A DNA stretch of 64,000 nt from positions 4,448,001-4,512,000 of the forward strand of contig OZ253580.1 of the NCBI GenBank assembly GCA_965263035.1. Direction: 5' to 3'. The stretch's first letter is position 1. Each line of letters opens with the position of its first letter. Position numbers and translations under genes: made by a program. This stretch comes from Acidobacteriota bacterium (lineage in GTDB: Bacteria; Acidobacteriota; UBA6911; RPQK01; JAJDTT01). Below the pieces are notes generated by a model that saw only the letters and a list, made by a program, of their open reading frames with translations, ran no database searches and was not told the origin of the DNA. Positions 41,071-52,472 of the stretch are shown one piece after another.

Positions 41071-43938
41071 ATGCTTCGTGGCTTCCAACTGAAGGCTATT
41101 CTGGTCGTCCTGGCTTCCGTCGTCGCCGTCTACGCCGGCGTCCTGAATCTTCTGGATCGGTCGACTTGGGGCGAGGTCTCTGACGGGATCGTCTGGACCG
41201 AAGGAAGCAGCGGGAACGTGGTCGCTCATCGGATCCGGGATCCGGCGGGCGGCGGGCCGCGTGCCGGAATCGAGACGGGAGACCGGCTGCTGGAGCTGGG
41301 GGGTATCGAGATCCGGACTCTCGACGACTATGTCGAGGTGATGGAAGTCTTGGCCGGGGCCGTTCCCCATGGCATGCCGGCGACGTATCTGATCCAGAAA
41401 ACACCGGGAGGCGATCGGAGCCGACACGAAGTGCAGTTGGAGATCGAGTCGGGGCTCGACCGGACCGACAGCCTTCTGGTGCTTGTAGCCCTGCTCCACC
41501 TCTCCATCGGATTGTTCGTCTTTCTGCGAAAGCACCAGTCACCGGGCGCACTCCACTTTTTTCTGCTGTGCCTGGTTTCGTTCTGCCTGTATCTGTACCG
41601 GTACTCCGGCCGCGGCGATCCCTTCGATCTCCTGATTTATTGGATCGGGTCGGTGGCCCTGCTGGTTCTTCCCCCCTTGTTTCTCCATTTCTGCGCGACT
41701 TTTCCCGAGGCCCAACGATGGCTGGATCCGCGGGGAAAGCTGGGGGCTGCCTTCTATCTGCCGGCGGTCACGCTACTGGCGATCCACGTGGCTTGGTTCC
41801 TGGGGTCTCTGCAGCCGCTGGGGTTGGCGCGAAGTCCGGGGATCGCCCACTTCTTTGACAAGATTCATCTGTCCCATTTGGGGATCTTCTTCTGTCTGGG
41901 AGCCGGTCTGCTCATCCATTCCGGCCGGCAGGCACGGACACCCCTTCACCGCAGGCAGATGAAGTGGGTGTCCCATGGGACCCTCATCGCCCTGGCCCCG
42001 TTCCTGATTCTGTATGCCGGACCCTATTTCCTGGGCTTTCCCATCCATCCCCTCATGGAGATGTCGATCTTGAGTCTGACGCTCCTTCCCTTGTGTTTCG
42101 GATACGCCATCATCCGGTACCGATTGATGGACGTGGAGTTGATCTTCCGCGAAAGCGCGGCCTACGTCCTGGCCAGTTGGGTCCTGCTGGTTTTTTACGT
42201 GGGGGTGGTCCTGCTGGTCGGTGGAACGCTATTCGGTCTCTCTCCCCATTCCGACTTCTCAGTGTTCGCCGTTTCGGCCTTGGTGGTGGCCTTCCTGTTC
42301 GCACCGGTGAAGAACAGGATTCAGCAGCGACTGGATCGCTACTACTATCCGGAGACCTACGACTATCGTCAGTCATTTGCGGATTTCGGAAGGAGCCTGA
42401 ACTCGGAAATCAGTTTGCCGCGTTTGGCGGAGCGAGTTTGCGCCCGGATCGAGCAGACCTTCACTGTCCGTCCCGTGGCCGTCTTTCTCCGCTCTCCGGA
42501 CCGGCCTGGTCAATTCTTCCTTTACCACGCCCTCGGTGTGAACGGCCGGCTTGATAAGGACAGTCCGATCCTGGTGCCGGCTCCACCTTGGGGCCGCGGT
42601 GACGGCCGGGCGGAGCGGTTGGCGCCGGGTGTCGGCGGCTGGGATGAGGAGACGCGTCACCAGACCCGACTGTCAGCCCTGGGAATTCGGTGTCTCCAGC
42701 CCCTCGAGACCCATGGCCGCGTCATCGGCCTGCTGGGTCTGGGGGATCGGGCCAACGGCGACGTCTTGAACAGCGAGGATATGGAGTTGCTGGCGGCGCT
42801 TGCCGGCTATGTGGCAACGGCCGTGGACAACGCGGTGCTCTACCGTTCGTTGGAAACCAGGGCGGGCGAGCTTCAGAGGCTCAAGACCTACAACGAAAGC
42901 GTGATCCAGAGCATTACGGCGGGAGTCGTGGTGGTCGATTCGGAAGGCGCCGTCCGAGTCTGGAACTCGTTCATGGAGTCTTTCTACGGCTTGGAGGCGA
43001 GCCAGGCGGTCGGCCGGAGTATCGACAACGTCTTTCCCTCGGACCTGCTCCAATCCGTGAAGGAGGCACTGGGCGGATCTCGCTGGCGCATTCCGGAGGT
43101 GACGCGCCTGGACAAGGCGCGTCTCAAGTCCTCGTCGGGCGAGGATCGCCTCGTGAATATTCACCTCTCGCCCTTCGTGGCCCAGGATGACGTACTCACC
43201 GGAACTCTTCTGCTCTTCGACGACGTGACGGTGAAGGCGCAGTTGGAGGATCAACTGGTGCAGGCGGAGAAGCTCACGTCCATCGGCCTCCTGGCGGCGG
43301 GTGTGGCGCATGAAGTCAATACGCCTCTGGCCGGGATCTCGAGCTACACGCAGTTGCTGCTGGATTCGACTCCTGCTTCCGACTTCCGGCGCGACCTGTT
43401 GGAGAAGATCGAAAAGCAGAGCTTTCGAGCCTCGCGGATCGTCAACAACCTGGTCAACTTTGCCCGTGTCCGGGACGGCGAAATCCGCGAGGTCAACGTC
43501 AATTCCCTGATGTTGGAGACGGTGTCCCTCTTGGAGCATCAACTCTGGAGCCATAGGGTGGAGGTCAGTCTCCATCTCGATCCCGCTCTTCCCCGCACCC
43601 GGGGACATGAGGGCAAGCTGCAGCAGGTTTTCGTCAACTTGCTGATGAATGCCAAGGACGCCATGCCGGACGGAGGGAGCATCACGGTCCGTACCTCCCG
43701 TAGGAATTCAGGTCTCGTGGTGGAGGTGGAAGACAGTGGAAAGGGCATTCCCGGCGACGTTCTCCACCGGATCTACGATCCCTTCTTCACCACCAAGGAC
43801 GTAGGGAAGGGGACCGGCCTGGGGCTCTCGGTCTGTTACGGAATCGTTCAGGAGCACGAGGGTCGAATTCAGGCGCGAAGCCGAGTGGGGGAGGGGAGCA
43901 CGTTCACAGTCCAGCTGCCCGTGAAAAGGGTTCAATGA
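41071..43938 (+). CDS. Multi-TM sensor histidine kinase with PDZ-like, GAF and PAS domains
   Basis: RAGIETGDRLLELGG (PDZ-like), many TMs, GAF-like region, AAGVAHEVNTP, FFTTKDVGKGTGLGL. Confidence 0.9.
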   Translation: MLRGFQLKAILVVLASVVAVYAGVLNLLDRSTWGEVSDGIVWTEGSSGNVVAHRIRDPAGGGPRAGIETGDRLLELGGIEIRTLDDYVEVMEVLAGAVPHGMPATYLIQKTPGGDRSRHEVQLEIESGLDRTDSLLVLVALLHLSIGLFVFLRKHQSPGALHFFLLCLVSFCLYLYRYSGRGDPFDLLIYWIGSVALLVLPPLFLHFCATFPEAQRWLDPRGKLGAAFYLPAVTLLAIHVAWFLGSLQPLGLARSPGIAHFFDKIHLSHLGIFFCLGAGLLIHSGRQARTPLHRRQMKWVSHGTLIALAPFLILYAGPYFLGFPIHPLMEMSILSLTLLPLCFGYAIIRYRLMDVELIFRESAAYVLASWVLLVFYVGVVLLVGGTLFGLSPHSDFSVFAVSALVVAFLFAPVKNRIQQRLDRYYYPETYDYRQSFADFGRSLNSEISLPRLAERVCARIEQTFTVRPVAVFLRSPDRPGQFFLYHALGVNGRLDKDSPILVPAPPWGRGDGRAERLAPGVGGWDEETRHQTRLSALGIRCLQPLETHGRVIGLLGLGDRANGDVLNSEDMELLAALAGYVATAVDNAVLYRSLETRAGELQRLKTYNESVIQSITAGVVVVDSEGAVRVWNSFMESFYGLEASQAVGRSIDNVFPSDLLQSVKEALGGSRWRIPEVTRLDKARLKSSSGEDRLVNIHLSPFVAQDDVLTGTLLLFDDVTVKAQLEDQLVQAEKLTSIGLLAAGVAHEVNTPLAGISSYTQLLLDSTPASDFRRDLLEKIEKQSFRASRIVNNLVNFARVRDGEIREVNVNSLMLETVSLLEHQLWSHRVEVSLHLDPALPRTRGHEGKLQQVFVNLLMNAKDAMPDGGSITVRTSRRNSGLVVEVEDSGKGIPGDVLHRIYDPFFTTKDVGKGTGLGLSVCYGIVQEHEGRIQARSRVGEGSTFTVQLPVKRVQ

Positions 43939-45323
43939 CATCCCGGGCTTCAGTTCTGATCATCGACGACGAAGAGATCATGCGAGAGGTCTTCTCGCGA
44001 GTCGTCGCCGGCGGCGGCCACCGGGTTCTCCTCGCTTCCTCGGGAGAGGAAGGGCTCGAGCTGATTCGACGGGAGCCGGTGGACCTGGTGCTCCTGGACC
44101 TGATGCTTCCGGGCATCGGCGGACTCGAGACGTTGGAGAAGATCCTCGACCTGGATCCTGACCTGGCCGTCATCATGGTCACGGCCTATGCGTCCATCGA
44201 GAACGCGGTGCAGGCGACCCGGCTGGGAGCGTTCGACTTCGTGACCAAACCATTTCGCAACGAAGAGTTGCTGTTGGTCATCAAGAACGGCATTCGACAG
44301 CGCCGCCTCGAGTTGGAGAATCGCCAGCTCAAGTCCAGTCTCCACCACCGTCAGGGTCACTTCCAGAACATCGTCGGGAAGAGCGAACCGATCCGTCGGG
44401 TCACGGACCTCATTACCCAGGTGGGTCCGGGCCGCAGCACGGTTCTGATCACGGGAGAGAGCGGTACCGGGAAGGAGTTGGTCGCCAAGGCCATACACAA
44501 TCTGAGTCCCCGGCGCGTCCGGTCCTTCGTCCCCGTCAACAGCGGCTCGATTCCCTCCGAGCTCCTGGAAAGTGAGCTTTTCGGGCACGTGAAGGGAGCA
44601 TTTACCGGGGCCACGGCAACCAAGAAGGGACTGTTCGAAATCGCTCATGGGGGCACCCTTTTCCTGGACGAAATCGGTACCGTCCCGGTGCAGACCCAGG
44701 CCAAGCTGTTGCGGGTTCTGCAGGAGAGGGAATTCCGTGCCGTGGGTGGCATACGGAACATCAAGGTCGACGTGAGAATCGTGGCCGCCACCAACGTGGG
44801 CCTGGAGCAGGCGGTCAGGGAAGGCCGATTCCGAGAGGACCTCTACTACCGTCTCAAGGTCATCACCGTGGACGTGGCGCCGTTGCGCGATCGGAAGGAT
44901 GACATCCCTCTGCTGGCCCACCATTTCCTTACCCGCTTCAACCGCGAGAATGAAAAGACGTTGAATTCCATCGACCAGGACGCGCTCAGGGTCATGATGA
45001 ACTACGACTGGCCCGGGAACGTCAGGGAACTGGAGAACGCCATCGAACGTGCAGTGGTTCTTTCCGGGACCAGCGGAAGCATCCGATCAGATCTGCTTCC
45101 TCAGGAAATTCTGGATTCGACCTCGGGCCGGGTGGATGGAATCCCGGCGCAATCCCAGAACGGTTCCCTCAGGGACCTGGTGCTCGAGTTTGAGCGAAAT
45201 CTGATTCTGCTGGCGCTGGAACGGGCCAATTGGAACCAGAGGAAGGCCGCCAGTCTTCTCAAGGTCAAGCCGACCACCCTCAATGCCAAGTTGAAACGCC
45301 TGCAGGTCAGAATCCCCTCCTGA
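43935..45323 (+). CDS. Sigma54-dependent response regulator (bEBP)
   Basis: REC, GESGTGKE, intact GAFTGA, WPGNVRELEN, C-terminal HTH; ATGA overlap with the kinase. Confidence 0.95.
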   Translation: MTSRASVLIIDDEEIMREVFSRVVAGGGHRVLLASSGEEGLELIRREPVDLVLLDLMLPGIGGLETLEKILDLDPDLAVIMVTAYASIENAVQATRLGAFDFVTKPFRNEELLLVIKNGIRQRRLELENRQLKSSLHHRQGHFQNIVGKSEPIRRVTDLITQVGPGRSTVLITGESGTGKELVAKAIHNLSPRRVRSFVPVNSGSIPSELLESELFGHVKGAFTGATATKKGLFEIAHGGTLFLDEIGTVPVQTQAKLLRVLQEREFRAVGGIRNIKVDVRIVAATNVGLEQAVREGRFREDLYYRLKVITVDVAPLRDRKDDIPLLAHHFLTRFNRENEKTLNSIDQDALRVMMNYDWPGNVRELENAIERAVVLSGTSGSIRSDLLPQEILDSTSGRVDGIPAQSQNGSLRDLVLEFERNLILLALERANWNQRKAASLLKVKPTTLNAKLKRLQVRIPS

Positions 45324-45330
45324 ACGCATA

Positions 45331-45376
45331 ACAGCCCGTGGCAACAGTCGTCACGGCATGCGACCGTCCCTGCATC
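45331..45376 (-). repeat. Family A terminal remnant
   Basis: TA|ACAGCCCGTGGCAACAGTCGTCACGGCATGCGACCGTCCCTGCATC matches the first ~46 nt of A2/A4. Confidence 0.85.
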
Positions 45377-45576
45377 CCGGCGCAGTTTGCTTCCCGGATG
45401 TCTCCTCCGGGCCGGTTTGACTTGCCCGGCGAGGCGGGGCTATCATGACTTTTCCTGACGAGTGCCACGGGGTCGGATGCCAGACTCTTTGGACTGAATT
45501 GATACTTCCACCGATTTTTGCAGTCTAATTTACTCAGCACATTGGTTTGTTGGTCGGACAATAGGAGGACAGGACA

Positions 45577-46257
45577 GTGGTAGTAGCAATCGGGGGGACC
45601 CTGTGGAGTTATTTCCAGCAGGGCGGTCCCATGATGTACGCCCTCCTTCTCTGTTCCATACTCGCGTTGATATTCATCATCGAACGGATGATCACGTACT
45701 ACCGGGTTCAAGGAACCACGGCGGACATCTTTTCCTCAGTCCGCCAGGCATTGCTCGACGGGGATCTTCGCCGCTCCCTGGAGGTTTGCGAGTCCTATAC
45801 TCACCCCGTCGCCAGCACTCTGAAGTCGGGTCTGCTCCGGTACGGAAAGCCTCACTACGAGATCGAGAAGGCAATGGAAAGCGTGGCGCTTCACGAGGTT
45901 TCCAATTTGGAGAAGGGGCTCTGGATCCTGGGAACGGTGGCCAACATTGCTCCGTTGTTCGGATTCCTGGGAACCGTCACCGGTATGATCGCGTCATTTG
46001 AGGCGTTGGCGGAGGTCGGCCTTGGAAACCCGCAGGCGGTGGCAGGTGGCATCGCCGAGGCCCTGGTGACCACGGCGACGGGCCTCATCGTCGCTCTCCC
46101 GGTCCAGGCCGCATACAACTACTTCAGCAACCGGGTCTCAATCCTGGGTCTGGACATGGAAACCAGTTCGTCCATGCTGTTGGAGACGTTCAACGAGTTG
46201 GAGGAAAGGCAGGGCGGAAGAGACCGGCTGACGGAAACGGCCCCGAGTGATTCCTGA
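45577..46257 (+). CDS. MotA/TolQ/ExbB proton-channel protein
   Basis: APLFGFLGTVTGMI, GIAEALVTTATGLIVA. Confidence 0.95.
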   Translation: MVVAIGGTLWSYFQQGGPMMYALLLCSILALIFIIERMITYYRVQGTTADIFSSVRQALLDGDLRRSLEVCESYTHPVASTLKSGLLRYGKPHYEIEKAMESVALHEVSNLEKGLWILGTVANIAPLFGFLGTVTGMIASFEALAEVGLGNPQAVAGGIAEALVTTATGLIVALPVQAAYNYFSNRVSILGLDMETSSSMLLETFNELEERQGGRDRLTETAPSDS

Positions 46258-46691
46258 TGAAGCTGAGACGGGAAGCATCCGTATCCATGGTTCCCCGGAT
46301 TCCGACGGCATCCATGGCGGATATCGCCTTTCTGCTCATTATTTTCTTCATGTTGACGACTTCCTTTTCTCCGGAACGGACCTCGGTGAGCTTGCCCGAG
46401 TCGGAGATTCGGACGGAAGTATCCAAGGATGCAGCCATCGTTGCGATCTCATCTCAAGGCGAGGTCAGCTTTACTGATGGCGAGGTGCCGGCGTTCCCGC
46501 TGGCGAATATCGCCGAGTTGGGTCAATTGGTGAAAACACTGGTAGCCGTGATTCCGGGGAAGGAGTTTCTGATCAAGGCGGACCGGAATGTCCAATATCA
46601 ATTGGTGGACGGCGTCCTGGAGCAGTTGCGGAGCAATGGCGCCCGCCGGATCGGCCTCCTCACCGATCGAAAGCCAAAGGAATCGGGTTGA
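46257..46691 (+). CDS. ExbD/TolR family protein
   Basis: SMADIAFLLIIFFML, IKADRNVQY. Confidence 0.93.
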   Translation: MKLRREASVSMVPRIPTASMADIAFLLIIFFMLTTSFSPERTSVSLPESEIRTEVSKDAAIVAISSQGEVSFTDGEVPAFPLANIAELGQLVKTLVAVIPGKEFLIKADRNVQYQLVDGVLEQLRSNGARRIGLLTDRKPKESG

Positions 46692-47129
46692 ATGAAGTTC
46701 CGAAGCCGTCTCCAGCGGAGCCCCGAGGTCCCCACCTCCTCCATGGCCGACATCGCCTTTCTGTTGATCATCTTCTTCATGTTGACGGCGGTCTTTACTT
46801 CTAACCGGGGGATTCAGTTCGCTTTCCCCAAGGAGGATCCGACCCGGTTGGACGTCCAGCCCGAGGAAGCCGTCCACATCAAGATCACGGGCGAACAGCA
46901 ATACCTGGTGGACAAGACGCCCATGTCACTGGGTTCGCTGGCGAGCTATGTGGAAGCGAAGATGGGGCAGAATCCCAGCAAGCCCGTGATCATTCAGACA
47001 CAGGGACATGTTCCGTATCGGGTAATGATCGAAGTTTTCGACCTCTTGAGGCACCTTGAGGTCAAGAACATCTCGGTTCCTACGGAGTCGGAAGTCGAGC
47101 GCTGGAAGACATTCGGTGTTTTCGAGTGA
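46692..47129 (+). CDS. ExbD/TolR family protein, second paralog
   Basis: SMADIAFLLIIFFML transmembrane motif repeated. Confidence 0.93.
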   Translation: MKFRSRLQRSPEVPTSSMADIAFLLIIFFMLTAVFTSNRGIQFAFPKEDPTRLDVQPEEAVHIKITGEQQYLVDKTPMSLGSLASYVEAKMGQNPSKPVIIQTQGHVPYRVMIEVFDLLRHLEVKNISVPTESEVERWKTFGVFE

Positions 47130-47148
47130 AGCCGACGAAGGGGTGACC

Positions 47149-48126
47149 ATGCGGCCCGCCCGTCGCCATTGCCGAATCGGAATGCTGGCACTGTTGCTCG
47201 GTACTCGTCTGCTCTGGGGCCAGGGCGACTTCGGGAAGGGGATCTCCTTCTACAAGCAGGGGCAGTACGACAAGGCCATAGCAGAGTTCGAGGTGATCGT
47301 CGAGGAGCACTCTGACTATGAAAGTGGTCACCGGATTCTCGGGATCTCGTACCTGAAGACCGATCGGGCGGACAAGGCCATCGAGTCCTTCAAGAAGGCG
47401 CTGGAACTCAAAGACGACGTCTACGCCTCGCATCAGGGTCTGGGGATCGCCTACTACAACACGGGTAATTTTCAGGAAGCCGTCGCGGCGCTTGAAAAAG
47501 CGGAGCCGTACGTCAAGTCGCCTGCGGATCGCTACCAACTGCACCACACGCGAGGAAGTGCCTACTTCAATCTGGCCATGTATGACCGGGCCATCTCGGA
47601 TCTGGAGAGGGCCGTCTCGATCCGCAGGGGCCAGTTTGACGATGTGTTCCAACTCGGATTGGCCCATTACAGGAAGAGGAGCTACGCACTGGCCGAGGGA
47701 TTCTTGAAACAGGCCGTCGGGCTGAATCCAAATTCCGCCGAAGCCCGGAACCACCTCTCTCGCATCGTCTATTACCGAGGCGTTGCGTCCCTGGAACAGG
47801 GAAACTATTCGGAAGCGGTCACCATCTTGGGCGAATACCTGAAGGAACAACCGGAAGACGGGGATGCCTGGTTCAATCTGGGGATCGCTCATCTCTTCTC
47901 CGAACATCTTTCGGCGGCACAGGAAGCCTTTTTGAAGAGCAGGGAAATCGCCCCGGATCACTGGGAGACATATAACCGGCTCGGTTACATCTACGAAATG
48001 AATGACCAGTATTCGGAGGCTCTGGAACACTACAAGAAAGCTCACAGCCTCAGGCAGGATGGTGAGATCCAGGCGAGCGTCGAGCGGCTCCAGGAACGAA
48101 TTCGACGGCAGAAGGAGCGAAGATAA
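47149..48126 (+). CDS. Secreted tetratricopeptide-repeat protein
   Basis: Multiple LG..Y...G.Y..A...F..A TPR units after a signal-like segment; start 47149 or 47182. Confidence 0.88.
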   Translation: MRPARRHCRIGMLALLLGTRLLWGQGDFGKGISFYKQGQYDKAIAEFEVIVEEHSDYESGHRILGISYLKTDRADKAIESFKKALELKDDVYASHQGLGIAYYNTGNFQEAVAALEKAEPYVKSPADRYQLHHTRGSAYFNLAMYDRAISDLERAVSIRRGQFDDVFQLGLAHYRKRSYALAEGFLKQAVGLNPNSAEARNHLSRIVYYRGVASLEQGNYSEAVTILGEYLKEQPEDGDAWFNLGIAHLFSEHLSAAQEAFLKSREIAPDHWETYNRLGYIYEMNDQYSEALEHYKKAHSLRQDGEIQASVERLQERIRRQKERR

Positions 48127-48151
48127 CCTCCCCCCCGCCCGTTTCGTGTGA

Positions 48152-49462
<1,311 letters not shown>

Positions 49463-49502
49463 CAAGAACCACTGTTTGACCCTGTTATTGCCGCGCTGAA
49501 TC

Positions 49503-51038
49503 ATGTCGACACCCCCCGTGGTCCTTCTGGCCGTCCTGGATGGTTGGGGATGGCGAGACGGTCGGGAAGGGAATGCCATCGCCCAGGCCCGACTCCCCAA
49601 CATGGAGAGTCTCTACTCGCGCTACGCCTGGACCCGCTTGGCGGCCAGTGGCGGACGTGTCGGCCTGCCCCAGGGCCAGATGGGTAACAGCGAGGTCGGC
49701 CATTTGAATCTGGGGGCCGGACGGATTGTCCCGCAGGATCTGACCCGAATCGATCGAGCCATAGAAACAGGGCGGTTCGACGGCAACTCGAGCCTGCGAT
49801 CCGTTATGGAAAGGGCTCGCCACACGGCGCTTCACCTGATCGGGCTGGTTTCGGACGGTGGAGTGCACAGCCACATCCGCCACCTGCTGGCGTTGCTGCG
49901 GCTGGCCCGGAACGAGCATGTCGAGAAGGTGTGGATCCACGCGATCCTGGATGGGAGGGACGCGAGTCCCAGCGGCGGAGTGCAATTTCTGGAACAGTTG
50001 CAGGCAGAAACCAGGAAACTGGGAACGGGAGGATTGGCTTCGGTCGGCGGCCGCTACTACGCCATGGATCGCGACAACCGTTGGGACCGGGTGGAAAAGG
50101 CCTACCGATGTATGGTCGAGGGTCGAGGAGGACGAGGCTGGCGGAATCCGATTCAGGGTGTGGAGGAGTCGTATCGAAACGGGGTCTACGATGAGTTCGT
50201 GGACCCATTTTCGGTTGTGGATTCACTCGGCCGTCCGATGGGCTCGATCGATCCCGATCATGCGGCCATTTTCTTCAACTTCCGTGCCGACCGGGCTCGC
50301 CAACTCACACACTCACTGACGGGAGTCGATTTCCGGGCCTTTCCCCGGAGCCGGGAGCCCATGGCTCACTTTCTCACGATGACCCAGTATCGGCTCGACT
50401 GGGCGCTGCCGGCGGCCTTCCGTTACGTTCCCGTTCAGCACACGCTGGCCCAGCTCTTGAGTTCCCACGGCGTTTCCAATCTGCGGCTGGCGGAGACGGA
50501 AAAATACGCTCACGTCACCTATTTCTTCAACGGGGGGGCAGAGGACCCTCCGGCAGGCGAGACGAGGGTTCTGATTCCGTCTCCGAAGGTGGCCACGTAC
50601 GATCTCCAACCCTGGATGAGCGCCGCCGAGATCACGAATCGCTTGCTTTACGAGTTGGAGCGCGGCGTCTTTCCGGCCATGGTGGTCAATTTTGCCAACG
50701 CCGACATGGTGGGACACACGGGAGACCTGGCGGCCACCGTCCAGGCGGTAGAGGCGGTGGACTCCTGCCTTGGCCGAATCTACCGAAAGATCCGGAAAAC
50801 CGGGGGCGTCATGGCGGTCACGGCAGACCATGGGAATGCCGAGTTGATGGTGGATGCGAAGACAGGTCAGCCCCATACGGCTCACACCAGTCACCCGGTG
50901 CCGTTCATTCTGGTCGATCCTCAAAACCGGCCAGCGTTGAGGTCGGGAGGAGCTCTGGAGGATGTGGCCCCCACGCTGCTGCAATATCTGGACTTGCCGC
51001 AGCCGGAGGAAATGACCGGCCGATCCCTGTTGATCTAG
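49503..51038 (+). CDS. gpmI: 2,3-BPG-independent phosphoglycerate mutase
   Basis: LDGWG, MGNSEVGH, GRYYAMDRD, ETEKYAHVT, DMVGHTG, TADHGNAE. Confidence 0.98.
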   Translation: MSTPPVVLLAVLDGWGWRDGREGNAIAQARLPNMESLYSRYAWTRLAASGGRVGLPQGQMGNSEVGHLNLGAGRIVPQDLTRIDRAIETGRFDGNSSLRSVMERARHTALHLIGLVSDGGVHSHIRHLLALLRLARNEHVEKVWIHAILDGRDASPSGGVQFLEQLQAETRKLGTGGLASVGGRYYAMDRDNRWDRVEKAYRCMVEGRGGRGWRNPIQGVEESYRNGVYDEFVDPFSVVDSLGRPMGSIDPDHAAIFFNFRADRARQLTHSLTGVDFRAFPRSREPMAHFLTMTQYRLDWALPAAFRYVPVQHTLAQLLSSHGVSNLRLAETEKYAHVTYFFNGGAEDPPAGETRVLIPSPKVATYDLQPWMSAAEITNRLLYELERGVFPAMVVNFANADMVGHTGDLAATVQAVEAVDSCLGRIYRKIRKTGGVMAVTADHGNAELMVDAKTGQPHTAHTSHPVPFILVDPQNRPALRSGGALEDVAPTLLQYLDLPQPEEMTGRSLLI

Positions 51039-51198
51039 GAGCCTGCGCCGCAGAAATTGAGCTACTGCGAAAGCGGTAGAATCGGTCCATATTTCCCCGA
51101 TTTCTCGGCGAATAGAACAACTATGCACCTCCAAATCGAGAAAATCCGGCCTCGATTCCCCACTTTCTCGCTACGATCATTGCTACCGCGCAGACTCC
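51038..51198. mobile_element. Family B element, copy B3 (161 bp)
   Basis: CTA|GGAGCCTGCG...CGCAGACTCC; its first base completes the gpmI TAG. Confidence 0.92.
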
Positions 51199-51217
51199 TG
51201 GCCCAGCAGCATTGCCC

Positions 51218-52312
51218 ATGGACGTGAGCATCGTCATTCCAACCTGGAACGGACTCGCCTTGTTGCGGGAGACTCTGCCCTCGGTGTGCGTGGCGGCCGA
51301 GCTTTACCGTCGCGAGAGCAATTGCCGGACCGAGATCCTGGTCGTCGATGACGGCAGTGAGGACGAGACCCGGGACGTCCTGACGGCCGAGTTTCCCCGG
51401 GTCCGGCTGATCGAGTCCCCCTCGAATCGAGGTTTCGCCCCGACCTGCAATCTCGGATTCGAGCACGCCGATTTTCCGCTGGTGGCTCTCTTGAACAACG
51501 ACGTGAAGGTGGAGCCCGATTACCTTCTGTACCAAGCCCCGCATTTTCAGGACCCGGATGTGCTGGCGGTCACGGCTCGGGTCTTCTCCTGGGACGGAGG
51601 CGAGTTCACGGCGGGAGGGCGGTTCGGCCGTTTCCGGCGCGGCTTCTGGAGCGTCTATCTGAACTATGACTTGGACCCGAACAGCACCGGAGCGGAAATT
51701 CAGGACCGCCGATGGCTATCGGCCTATGCGGTCGGTGGGTTCGCCACCTACGACCGCCGGAAACTCCGGGAGCTGGGAGGTTTCAACACCCTCCTCGCCC
51801 CCTTCCATTGGGAGGATGTCGACCTTTCCTACCGCGGATGGAAGCGTGGGTGGAAGATCCACTACGAACCCAATAGCGTCGCCTATCACCGGATCAGCGC
51901 CACCATCGGCAGCCGATTCCGGCCTCGAAAGGTCGAGACCGTAGCGGTGCGGAATCGGCTCCTCTTCCACTGGATCAACCTCCACTCCACCGGCTACTGG
52001 ATTCGCCACCTGGTGGGACTCGCAGGCCTCCTGCTGACTCGGTTCATGGTGCTCGATGGAAACTTCTACCGTTCTTTCCTGGGCGCTCTCTCCCGGATTT
52101 CCAAAGTGAGGCGGATGCGGCGATGGGAGCGGGACCGGGCACGGCGATCCGATGTGGAGATCTCCAGAATACTGAGTTCCTTCTATCGGACCGCACCGAT
52201 TCGAGTGTATCGGAGCAGCAGCCAGGTCCGAGCGGAGCATCCGGGTCTGGAAAAAGCTCCTGCCGTCGAGGCCGACTCCTCTCGTCCCGGCCGGTTCGGT
52301 TGTATGATCTGA
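51218..52312 (+). CDS. GT2 family glycosyltransferase
   Basis: VSIVIPTWNG, VVDDGSED, NRGFA, LLNNDV, EDVDLSYR. Confidence 0.92.
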   Translation: MDVSIVIPTWNGLALLRETLPSVCVAAELYRRESNCRTEILVVDDGSEDETRDVLTAEFPRVRLIESPSNRGFAPTCNLGFEHADFPLVALLNNDVKVEPDYLLYQAPHFQDPDVLAVTARVFSWDGGEFTAGGRFGRFRRGFWSVYLNYDLDPNSTGAEIQDRRWLSAYAVGGFATYDRRKLRELGGFNTLLAPFHWEDVDLSYRGWKRGWKIHYEPNSVAYHRISATIGSRFRPRKVETVAVRNRLLFHWINLHSTGYWIRHLVGLAGLLLTRFMVLDGNFYRSFLGALSRISKVRRMRRWERDRARRSDVEISRILSSFYRTAPIRVYRSSSQVRAEHPGLEKAPAVEADSSRPGRFGCMI

Positions 52313-52338
52313 GGATCTGAACTCCAGGTCAGGGGCTT

Positions 52339-52436
52339 GGAGTCTGCGCGGTAGAAATGATCGTAGCGAGAAAGCGGGGAAATATGGACCGATTCTACCG
52401 CTTTCGCAGTAGATCAATTTCTGCCGCGCAGGCTCC
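52339..52436. mobile_element. Family B element, copy B4: inverted, 63-bp internal deletion (98 bp)
   Basis: Both ends intact in reverse orientation; the deletion falls between the internal direct repeats TTCCCCnnTTTCTCG. Confidence 0.88.
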
Positions 52437-52472
52437 TTGGTCGGCTCAAGTGATCTGGATGGGGCGAGTCTC

